From a virus (lineage: Duplodnaviria > Caudoviricetes), in the IMG/VR virus record IMGVR_UViG_3300026549_000045, positions 71,135 through 135,134 of that record: a stretch of DNA of 64,000 nucleotides; one strand, 5' to 3'. Each line of letters opens with the position of its first letter. Within the stretch, counting starts at the first letter, position 1. Shown in pieces: positions 8,434 through 18,300 of this stretch. The position numbers and the translations under genes were made by a program. The notes below the pieces were generated by a model. That model was not told where the DNA came from. It searched no databases and saw only the letters and a list, made by a program, of their open reading frames with translations.

Positions 8434-11400
8434 ATGCCCCGCACCTCTGTCGTACACTACATAGCACCGTCTGCCATTAGCATTACGCCGAACGCCAACA
8501 GTTCGGCTAACGACCTTGCTGTCTTTGTGGCCCGTGGTGCGAAAATCAAGGTGTACAGTCAGGGTATTGCTGAATTGGGCTGGGAAGACGGCACCTTTCA
8601 GGAATGGACGCTTCGTGGACGTAACCGTCGTTTGGTCGACAACACGAAGCCCTACACCATCTATGCCCGACTGCCGAAATCGAATAAGAAGAACGGCTAT
8701 CTGGTGTTTGCACCGAAAGACCGTCGCGATGAAGGTTGGCAGGATAGGTACTGCTACGTGACACAAAACGGCCTGTCGCCACAGTATGTCAGCGGCAAAG
8801 GCGGTGCCAGCGTGAGGGACAACACAAACTGGTGGATCAAGCTGGGCGAGGTCAGCCTGCCTGAGAATAACCAGCGTACCGTTACGCTCGACACGGGTAT
8901 TCTGGGCACCGACCAGTACAACAACGACTGGAACCTGAACCCTGACGAATTGCCGCTGCGCATCGAACTCGACTGTAGCATCGACGGCAAGGATGCGGGT
9001 AACCGCCCCTACGTGGAATGGGGACAGGAGCTGATTATGCGCGCCCGTCTTGTGGAAGGCTGGACCGACACCGATGTGGCCCGCTTCGACCACTGGGAGA
9101 TTCGCCGTAATACCGGCGACGATACCGACGATGCCCGCTGGAACGCGCTTGACCGTTCGACAGGATTCGGTCGCAACGGCAACATCGCCCTGAGTCATGC
9201 CCGTGGTGCGGGCGACGATTTCAACGGTGCGGTATCAACCACCTTTACCATCATTGCAATGGGTACGACCGACGAAGGCAGTTCTTCTTCGTCGGATTCG
9301 TCGTCTTCATCCTCATCTTCATCATCAAGCAGCAGCAACGACGGCCTTGTGCCTATAGCTGCCACCACCCTGAACGTCATGGCCGAGACGGTGGAGCAGT
9401 ATGCGCTGGAACTTTCTACCAGTGTCGCCTCATACGACCCGACCACAGACGTATATAGCCCCATCGACGGCATCAAGGTCTGCATCCGTGCCACCGACCA
9501 GAAGGGCAACGTGTTCAAGTTGACACGCGGACAGATGGAGAGTGCCGCCCTGGCCGTGCAGTATGCGCTGGCCGACAGCGAGGCTTGGACTACGATGGAG
9601 TTCAGGGGGGCTGCAACCGAATTGGCTGAGTCTGTGCTTGACATTCGCGTGTTCTACGCCCATCAGAATGTCAACATGCGCATCGTGAAGGTAGTGCCAA
9701 ACAGCGATTCCGACAGTTCGTCAAGCAGCAGCTCAGACAGCAGTTCAACATTGGTTGAACTCTACCGCACGCCCATCGCCTTTGTCCGCAATGGTGAGGA
9801 TAGCCGTGAGCGAGAATGGATCTACCTGCGCTCTGAAGGTCCGCTGACATTCGGCGAAGACCCCGAGGGCCACCTGCTGCCCGCCCTGATAAGTGGTGGT
9901 GAGGTTGAACCGGCTGGTGCAGCCACCGGTCTTGACACCAACAAACAGCAGGACGGCTGGGTGCCCGAGGGCTGGTGGGACGAGATGCAGGGCACCGACG
10001 ATACCTACCATTACGAGTATGGTGCCTACCGCGACTGGATACGCAACGAGGCTTCCGACAACTCTTCATCGAGTGACAGCAGCTCATCGGACAGCGAGCA
10101 TTCCGGCGGTCATTGGGGCGAGTTCACCACACCGCGCATCTGGAGCTACTATGCCGAGGATGCCGTCACCTATCGCTGCCGATGGACGCTCAACGGCGTA
10201 GAGGTGTTCCAGCTGAAGGCCGCCTACAGCGGAGCCTTCCGTGGTACGCTGCCGTTGGTGGCCACACTGATGAAGCGTGTGGGTAACAACCCAGAGCAGC
10301 AGGTAATGGCTACCTCTTCCATCGTCACCGTCAACTTCGACGGACTGTCTGCCGAGTCGCAGCCGTCACCCTACAACGTCACCAATCCGCAGTTCACCAT
10401 AGGCAGCGGTGAAGGACAGCATCCTGAGTTCGTTCCGTTCCTTAGCAATGTCGCCCTGAGCGCCATCCACATCACCTTCAACGTCGGAGGCGAACCACAT
10501 GCGTTCAGCATCCCCGTCATCCGCGAGGCCGACGAAGATTCGGTAAAGGACACCATCGACCAGTACGGTTCGACGCTGTTCCTCTCCAAGCTCCACGATG
10601 ACATTGCTGCCGGAAAGATAACCTTCCAGGATATCGCCATGTTCCTGCAGGGGTTGAAGATTGGCGGTGCCAGCAGCCTTTACGGCATTACTGGCAGCGG
10701 CAATGCCTCCTTTGCGCAGATTGTCTTCGACACAATCCTGAAATCGTTTGGTGCCAACCCGAGCTTCATCGGCGGCAACGGCATCCACATGGATGCGTCC
10801 ACCGGCCATATCGCCACCGACTCGCTCGATGTGCGCGGCTGGATGCGCATCATGGAGCTGATTATCAACCGCCTGCAGCTGATGGAAAGCGACTACTCGT
10901 TTACCGAGGGCGCTACCACCGAGCACTTCGACATAGACCCCAGCGGCAACCACATGACCGTCACCGTGCATAAGGAGCACGACAACGACTACCTGCCGTT
11001 CTATCCTGGCGACATCCTGTATGCCAAGATCAACGACCTGCTTCCAGCAGGACAGGTGCCAGACGGTCATACCGCCACAGAACACGGCTCGTACTACACC
11101 GTGTGGGTCCGCGTGCTGAGCACCAACATGAACGACAATACGATGGTCATCGTGCCTTACCTCGGACGCAATGCCGAAGGGCCGATAGTGCCGGGTGCCG
11201 TAAACTTCACGCCGCAGGGAATGGGCATCAGTGGGGCAGGCGCACCCGCAGGCAGCGATTTCTACACCTCCTACAACGAGGCACTGCAAGCCGAGTATGC
11301 ACTATACCCAGACGGCTACGACAAGGCCATCACATTTACACGACACGGCAACGTGGCCGACGGCATCGACCCCGCAACGGGACTGCCATCTGCCAGCATA

Positions 11401-12426
11401 CTGTCTTCGCAGAAGAACCGCCAGCAGGCATGGGTACTGTCTACCACCGACAAGCGTCTGACATTCTTTTGGAACGTTGACAAGCCAATCGTCGATGAAG
11501 ACAACTACGCCCTGTGTCTGGGCATACTGCCACAGCTCAGCTGCCTGCCTTACGACTCGAACGGAAATCCCGTATGGAACGTAGACATGCCGTCGTTGTT
11601 CGTCAACACAATCTTCTACAGCCACATGCACCGCATCAACTGGCCTGCCAAGGTGGTAAAGGAAGACCGTGGCCAATGGACGGCTACGCCAAAGGCAACC
11701 TATACTGGCGTGACGGGAACGCGGACACCGGACGGCACGCTCGACAGTGCCATAGCTACAGCACTCGGCTGGACGGGCACGTCGCCACTCTCGTTTACAG
11801 AGGGTCAGGAGATTGACGAGCCCTATCACTTCAAGGCCATCACCCGCAACCGCTGGATCAGCATGCGCCTATCAGCCGCCCATAACAGCCTCTCAGACGC
11901 CACCCTCTACAAGAAGATGACGAAGGAGTGGACTGAGGAAAACGACCTGGAGACCAGTCGCGTGTGGAACTACGGCATCCTTTGGGAATGCACGGTTGAC
12001 GGCACATCGCAGGAGCCGTGCTGGGGATGTGCCAACTGGCAGGCCATAGGCGGACAGACGCTATACGTTGGCGAGATTACAACACCTAACGGACGTGTGT
12101 TCCGTAACGGTGACGTCAATACGGTGCTTTCAATGCACGTATGGTACGGACAGGAGGAGATAACCGACCGCATTACGCAACTCCAGAACTTCTCGGAAGT
12201 ATGGAAACGCTATACAGGCTATGATGCCGTTAACGACGAGTTTATACAGCAGAGCGAAGACCTGTCGTGGTTGCCGACCTCTGCTGGTGCAGGAAAGATC
12301 AAGTTGGTACGTGGAGACATGGGTAGCGGATGGATGATTACCTACCGTCAGGCACGCATCGGCTGTACTGTCTCGTTCCCTGTTGCAGGACAGGTGATAA
12401 ATATGCCGGCAGACTATGTGTTCTAA
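8434..12426 (+). CDS. Large tail structural protein with three poly-Ser/Asp loops
   Basis: 1330 aa; FLSKLHDDIAAGKITF...GLKIG and DSLDVRGWMRIMELIINR motifs typical of Bacteroidetes phage tail proteins. Confidence 0.65.
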   Translation: MPRTSVVHYIAPSAISITPNANSSANDLAVFVARGAKIKVYSQGIAELGWEDGTFQEWTLRGRNRRLVDNTKPYTIYARLPKSNKKNGYLVFAPKDRRDEGWQDRYCYVTQNGLSPQYVSGKGGASVRDNTNWWIKLGEVSLPENNQRTVTLDTGILGTDQYNNDWNLNPDELPLRIELDCSIDGKDAGNRPYVEWGQELIMRARLVEGWTDTDVARFDHWEIRRNTGDDTDDARWNALDRSTGFGRNGNIALSHARGAGDDFNGAVSTTFTIIAMGTTDEGSSSSSDSSSSSSSSSSSSSNDGLVPIAATTLNVMAETVEQYALELSTSVASYDPTTDVYSPIDGIKVCIRATDQKGNVFKLTRGQMESAALAVQYALADSEAWTTMEFRGAATELAESVLDIRVFYAHQNVNMRIVKVVPNSDSDSSSSSSSDSSSTLVELYRTPIAFVRNGEDSREREWIYLRSEGPLTFGEDPEGHLLPALISGGEVEPAGAATGLDTNKQQDGWVPEGWWDEMQGTDDTYHYEYGAYRDWIRNEASDNSSSSDSSSSDSEHSGGHWGEFTTPRIWSYYAEDAVTYRCRWTLNGVEVFQLKAAYSGAFRGTLPLVATLMKRVGNNPEQQVMATSSIVTVNFDGLSAESQPSPYNVTNPQFTIGSGEGQHPEFVPFLSNVALSAIHITFNVGGEPHAFSIPVIREADEDSVKDTIDQYGSTLFLSKLHDDIAAGKITFQDIAMFLQGLKIGGASSLYGITGSGNASFAQIVFDTILKSFGANPSFIGGNGIHMDASTGHIATDSLDVRGWMRIMELIINRLQLMESDYSFTEGATTEHFDIDPSGNHMTVTVHKEHDNDYLPFYPGDILYAKINDLLPAGQVPDGHTATEHGSYYTVWVRVLSTNMNDNTMVIVPYLGRNAEGPIVPGAVNFTPQGMGISGAGAPAGSDFYTSYNEALQAEYALYPDGYDKAITFTRHGNVADGIDPATGLPSASILSSQKNRQQAWVLSTTDKRLTFFWNVDKPIVDEDNYALCLGILPQLSCLPYDSNGNPVWNVDMPSLFVNTIFYSHMHRINWPAKVVKEDRGQWTATPKATYTGVTGTRTPDGTLDSAIATALGWTGTSPLSFTEGQEIDEPYHFKAITRNRWISMRLSAAHNSLSDATLYKKMTKEWTEENDLETSRVWNYGILWECTVDGTSQEPCWGCANWQAIGGQTLYVGEITTPNGRVFRNGDVNTVLSMHVWYGQEEITDRITQLQNFSEVWKRYTGYDAVNDEFIQQSEDLSWLPTSAGAGKIKLVRGDMGSGWMITYRQARIGCTVSFPVAGQVINMPADYVF

Positions 12427-12451
12427 TTGAGGATTTAAAACTGAAGATAAG

Positions 12452-13858
12452 ATGATTAGAAGTAAGACCAACACAAGCGAACAGACGTTTGATGCGTTTT
12501 CGCTGAACAAGGAGATAACCATATTGGGCGGTTCTCCAAGGCAGATGTTCTACACCAACGAACAGACCTATGAGGACGACCGTCGCTATGTGCCTTGCAT
12601 TCTCGGTGGCTATGTATTTGTGAATGACCCTTCCGAATTGATGACAGGCGAGCAGGAGCTGACCGACATTGAGTGGTACACACAGATGCCTATCGAGGGC
12701 GACTATAACACAGGGCGTATCGTCAACCCTTCACAGTCGGTACTTGACGATGTGGACGTGTACGACGAGAATACAGGAGAACTTACCCACGAGGCCGCAT
12801 GGCGATCCGTTGACTACCTGATTAGCGATGGAAGCAATTCTCCGTGGTGTGCCGACGTGCCTGCAAAGTGTCTCATTGTCCGTAAGAACGTTCCGCAACT
12901 CACGTCATTGCCTATCTATGGCGTGCTGAAATTCCTTAATCAGCACACTGGATTGACCATGCGCGCAATATGCAGCAAGGACTTCACAACCGAGTGCTAC
13001 AATACCGATGTGGTGACGATGCGTGGTAACTGCGGCGACGAACTGATGCTTAATCCGCTGTCATTCACCGATACAATACCAAGTGGTAAGACCATTCTTG
13101 ACATACCCTGGACGCGCGTCGTCGGCGCACAGCTGCAGGGTGGAGAGGGTGATGTGGCCGACAACAAGGCTTGTTACGTGTGGCTGATAGAGGAAAGCAA
13201 TACCACTATAGCACCTACTGGATGGCGAGAGCTGAACGAGCTGGAGAAGAAAGCCATGAGCATTACAGGCGAGCACACCAAGGCACTGTCGCTCGATACA
13301 CGACTTATCAGAGGCTCTATTGCCTTACGCTGCTATGGATGCCGTCGTGAGGCGGGTGCTGCATGGTTCAGTCCGTTGACCGATGAAAGCAGCCCGTTCT
13401 ATCAGGTACGCCTGACAATGGCCGTACCAGGCAGCACGCCAACCTCAAAGCGCAAGCCGAAAGGCGATGCAACTACCGCGCAAGAGGAACTGATGTCGCA
13501 GGGGATCTTTGACGCCAAGCCTGTACAGGTAACGGGTAATCACCAGACTACCGCTATGAATATTCCCGTACACTACGATATGGAACTTCGCTATAACGGC
13601 AAGCCCGTACCGGCAAACAAGCGTTCGCTTTACATCTTCCACTGGTATGGCAAGAACCTGAAGACAGGTGCCGAGGTGTTCTTTGGTTGTGGACCAACGC
13701 TCGACTTCATTCCAAACCAGTGGGGCTTTACGTTCCCTGACGGCTTTGCTGTATGGGGAAACGTGGCCGTGCTGACATCCTTCGGTGTGGTGGTTGACGG
13801 AACCAGCTATGTGAACGATAGCGACGGAAAACTGGTCATTAGTGGCATCTTTGAGTAA
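12452..13858 (+). CDS. Putative tail structural protein
   Basis: 468-aa beta-rich ORF within the tail operon. Confidence 0.55.
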   Translation: MIRSKTNTSEQTFDAFSLNKEITILGGSPRQMFYTNEQTYEDDRRYVPCILGGYVFVNDPSELMTGEQELTDIEWYTQMPIEGDYNTGRIVNPSQSVLDDVDVYDENTGELTHEAAWRSVDYLISDGSNSPWCADVPAKCLIVRKNVPQLTSLPIYGVLKFLNQHTGLTMRAICSKDFTTECYNTDVVTMRGNCGDELMLNPLSFTDTIPSGKTILDIPWTRVVGAQLQGGEGDVADNKACYVWLIEESNTTIAPTGWRELNELEKKAMSITGEHTKALSLDTRLIRGSIALRCYGCRREAGAAWFSPLTDESSPFYQVRLTMAVPGSTPTSKRKPKGDATTAQEELMSQGIFDAKPVQVTGNHQTTAMNIPVHYDMELRYNGKPVPANKRSLYIFHWYGKNLKTGAEVFFGCGPTLDFIPNQWGFTFPDGFAVWGNVAVLTSFGVVVDGTSYVNDSDGKLVISGIFE

Positions 13859-13879
13859 CTCAATTAAAAACGCAGATAT

Positions 13880-14077
13880 ATGTACATTCTTATCGACAGA
13901 AAACGATTGCCAAAAGGCAGACATTACGAGCTGATGCCAGACGGACGTGCTATCGTCAGCGGTCGCGAGGCTCGCATGATGGGTACACTCTCAGGTGTAA
14001 CCGTAGTAATGAACACGGCAGAGTTGGAGCAGATGCGCCGCCAAGCCAAGAGTAATAATCAAAACAAGGAGGAGTAA
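13880..14077 (+). CDS. Small hypothetical protein
   Basis: 65-aa ORF filling the gap between tail genes. Confidence 0.6.
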   Translation: MYILIDRKRLPKGRHYELMPDGRAIVSGREARMMGTLSGVTVVMNTAELEQMRRQAKSNNQNKEE

Positions 14078-14080
14078 CGT

Positions 14081-15322
14081 ATGAATCAGATCAATGGAGG
14101 TATCGTCGTTTCAGGTACGATTGACGGTACGACAGTAGTCTACGATGTATTGGCGGTACAAGCTGATGGAACACCAACCACGCTTACCCAGTATTATGAC
14201 GACGCGAAGGTACTGCCTGACTGGCATGAGATATACACCCACGGAACGGCTGCCGACAAGGCTACGCTCCCGCGTATCATCATCCGTGCCTTTGACACTA
14301 CTACAGGTGCCGACGTAACAGGGACTATCAATATCACTGGCGTTCACTATGGATTCACAATGGACAACGACAATCTGGTTACGTTCGATGCCGACGGCAT
14401 ATCACAGGCTCCTATAGCCGGACTGTTGAAACGCGATACGTTCAACTACAACGGCAAGACCATCCCCTGTATCATGGTCATCGGAAACCCAGCAGACCCA
14501 TCGTTCAACAATCCTGATGACGACCGTATATCGTTTGACGGTACAGTAGTGAGCGGTGGCGGTCAGATGAGTTTTCACAGCATCGGAAAGGATGTACAGA
14601 TTCGTCCTATCGTCGATGCCAATGCTGGATATTCGGTAGAGATGCACGTGCCGCTGAATGTGCCGAAGTATATTATGACCAACGGAAATAATGTCATCCT
14701 GAGCACGCAGCGCATCGGCAAGCTGTACTACAACGGCGCTCCCGTTAGTGCTGCAGACATGACAGGCTATGTATTCAAGTTCTACGACATCACGGGACCG
14801 ACGGAGGTGGAGCTGAAGAACAGCGACACCGATATCACGATCGGCCAGAGCCTCGTATCAGGCGACCTGATTACCATCGGGCCGGAAGCCGTTGACTGCA
14901 TGCTGACCTTGCGTTGTCGCGTGTTCGATAATACGGGCAAGGAGTTAGCCAGCGGTACCAGTGCTGTCTATGACCTGTCAGACCCCTACTCGCTCAAGTG
15001 GATTGTTGCCGACAGTGCCGCCGGTGCAAACGGCGTGGAATATACCGGGCTGGAGCCTCGTGTCAATCTGCGTAGTGGCCAGACCAAGTATTTCATCCCG
15101 AAGATTGTCACGGAGAAGGGAGAGATTCCAACAGCGGTAACGTGGACATTCAATGCCGACAATGCCAATACCGGCGATACGATTACTGGTTTGCCAGGCG
15201 TGCCTTCTACATCAGGACAGAGCAGCTGCTCATTGAGTTATAGTGATGTCGTATTGACCGATCCAAGCGGCAATAAGACACACCGCCCCGTAAAGTTGCA
15301 CGCCCAGTCGTCGGAGTTCTAA
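14081..15322 (+). CDS. Putative tail structural protein
   Basis: 413 aa, Thr/Gly/Asp-rich, AAGGAGGAG upstream; N-terminus resembles that of 15341. Confidence 0.55.
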   Translation: MNQINGGIVVSGTIDGTTVVYDVLAVQADGTPTTLTQYYDDAKVLPDWHEIYTHGTAADKATLPRIIIRAFDTTTGADVTGTINITGVHYGFTMDNDNLVTFDADGISQAPIAGLLKRDTFNYNGKTIPCIMVIGNPADPSFNNPDDDRISFDGTVVSGGGQMSFHSIGKDVQIRPIVDANAGYSVEMHVPLNVPKYIMTNGNNVILSTQRIGKLYYNGAPVSAADMTGYVFKFYDITGPTEVELKNSDTDITIGQSLVSGDLITIGPEAVDCMLTLRCRVFDNTGKELASGTSAVYDLSDPYSLKWIVADSAAGANGVEYTGLEPRVNLRSGQTKYFIPKIVTEKGEIPTAVTWTFNADNANTGDTITGLPGVPSTSGQSSCSLSYSDVVLTDPSGNKTHRPVKLHAQSSEF

Positions 15323-15340
15323 CAAATAATCTAAAAGTAT

Positions 15341-18300
15341 ATGAGAACATCAGGAGCTATAGTCTGTAGTGGTGTCATAGATGGTACGAGTATAGTGTCT
15401 GCTAATGTGTTTTTTGCACTTTCCAATTCAAGCACAAATACACCAGCTGACACGGCATTTACGTATGATAACTTTCCACCGCTTAACGCAGGAAACTATG
15501 TCTGGCAGGCTACGAAGATTACGGACTCGGACGGTAAGACATCACTGACTGGTAAGATGTGTCTTGGTCCTACGACTGACTTTTTGTCTGGTACTGAGGT
15601 CTATGCCATCAGCACCAGCAACAGCACGGCTCCTGCGGAGAATACGACAAACTGGAAGACCACCTACGAGAAGACAAAGGGCTACTATCTCTGGACGGCT
15701 ACCCGCGTGCAGTACACCAACGGAAACTACGCATATCTGAACAAGAAATGCGTGGGATATTGGGGAGAAGACGGAAACGGCATACAGAGCGTTGCCCGCA
15801 CCTATGCCCGCAGCAAGAATAGCACAAGCACCAACGACACGACGGCTCCAAGCAACATTGACACGTCAATAGGTACAAACGGATGGGCTTCCTCAAGCCC
15901 GTCCGTTACCGAGACATATCCTTATCTCTGGGTGAAGGAGGTGGTGACATACACCAAGTCGGAAGCCACCACCAAGTACTACTGCATAGGTGCGCGAGGT
16001 GCCAACGGTGTTGATGCGCAAGATATCGAGTGGGTATATATCCGCACGAAGACAAATGTTGCGCCGGTCATCAGTGGAGATGGTGGCAGCAGCCCATATA
16101 CAGACCATAACAGCAAAACGTACACTTCCGACGATCATCTGCCAAAGGTGGTGGCAGGCTCTGGAGGTTCACTCGACGACATTGAAGATGGCAACAGTGG
16201 CAGCAGCAGTAAGAAGTACGAATGTACCGACGATCCGAAAGGCGTTGACTCCACATGGAAGTTCGAGTGGGAAATCAAGCGTGAGAAGGGTGCTGCAGAT
16301 GCCAACGGCCATCGTGCATGGCAGGCTTACAGCGGAACCATGACCCTGCATAACAGGTATGTGAAGGACATTACATCTGCAAACGTATGGTATGCACTTG
16401 CGGACTCTGGAACTGCAAAACCAGACAACGATGCGTTCACGCTTGATGCCTTCCCGACAACACTCAATGCAGGTAAGTATATATGGGAGGCCACGAAAGT
16501 AACCTATTCAGACGGCACTTCTGAGTTCACGGCAAAGATGTGTCTTGGTCCTACGACTGACTTCTTGTCTGGTACTGAGGTGTATGCCATCAGCACCAGC
16601 AACAGCACGGCTCCTGCGGAGAATACGACAAACTGGAAGACCACCTACGAGAAGACAAAGGGCTACTATCTCTGGACGGCTACCCGCGTGCAGTACACAA
16701 ACGGAAGCTACGCATATCTGAACAAGAAATGCGTGGGATATTGGGGAGAAGACGGTGACAATGCAAAATACATCTATCTTCGAGGTACGGGCCTAAACAA
16801 CAATGCTGATAGATTATTGAATATAACTTCTAATTCCAACCATTTTGAAACCTATAAGAATAGCCGTGGGCTTGTTGTAGCAAGAATCAACAGAAGTACT
16901 CTCGCCGTATCTGGAATTACTTGGTTTGATGTCTACGGTGGTACGTCGGAAGGAACCGAATCAATAGCTAACACAAAGACTGCTCGCGCAAAGTTCATCA
17001 CTTACTTAACAAACACATCAATAGATTATTTCCTCGCCGTTACGTCCTACGATGCTATAGGTATTACCGATGCAATGATTGCAAAACTGAAAGAGTTCGG
17101 TCTTGGTTCATTGGAACATACTGTAGATGATGACGACCACGGTTATAGAAACCCATTTGCATTCCTTGGTTACAAAGGGTTGCAACAAGGATATGCCCTT
17201 TATCAATTGCAAGGCACAGAGGATAATGCCCCATACGCAGAAGTGATGGCTTATGTTGCCAATGGCGTATTTATGTCTTCAAAAGATGGAGATAATGCGC
17301 CTTACGATGTCGTAACCTACGGACGCAGTAAGAGTCGTGAATCGTATGGATCCAACTATCTTGATACCAGCTATGGGACTGACGGATGGGGTAGTACAGC
17401 TCCGTCCGCAACATCTACATATCCATATATCTGGGAACGAAGACAGTCGTATGATAAAGACCGCGAATTGCAAAATACTTCATACATTTGTTTGACAGGT
17501 GCGTCAGGTCCGACAGGCCAAGGTAAGATGGGACGTTTTCTCTGGTATGCCGGCCTGTTGAGTGAGGTGGGCGGTACGACATTTACAGTCGATGACTATC
17601 AAGCGCCTTACGTGAATATCGGCACGGAGGACGAACCGCACTGCTACGCATACGTTGGCAGTAACGGCAGTAACATCTCATATCCCAGCAGCGCCAGTAG
17701 CTACACTCTTTCGAACGGATGGGATGATATGACAACCGAGTTCAAGTATCTTATTGCAAAAGCCATTTTCAGTAACTATGCTCAACTGGGAGGCTTTATT
17801 GTGAATAAAGATTATTTCCTCTCGCAATATGGTACGCTCATAGCACCAGGAGGTTCAGAGATTACGATAAATGCTTCAAATGTAAAAACGAAATATAATC
17901 TACCACAATATATTCTTTACGGTAACAATCGGGATGGAGGTAGAATTATTCGTAAGATTTCATTCACCGTATCGTCAACAACTGTTATTGGTATTTCGGC
18001 TGTTGCCAGCAGCGAAGAAGATTATGATATCGGTGCCGTTGGAGTCCTTGATAGTACAGCATTACAAGGTACTTCACAGTCAGATATTCGGAATGGTGCT
18101 AACTGCCTGACTGTTAATGGTACGAAAATGTATGTCAGTGGTACACAAAAGAAAAGTGTTCAGGTGACTGTTAATGCTGGAACTCACTTTTTTTACATTG
18201 CCTATGCTAAAGATGGGTCGTCTAAAGACGGTGATGACAATGCCATTTTTACATTCTGGGGTGCAACATTTACAGTAGAGGATGTCAGTGCGTCAGAGGA

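Noticed and set aside
15554-16755. Fibre repeat as a second DGR VR/TR pair
   Set aside because: Unrelated to the TR, both copies are coding, and mismatches (T/C, C/G, C/A, A/G) are not adenine-specific
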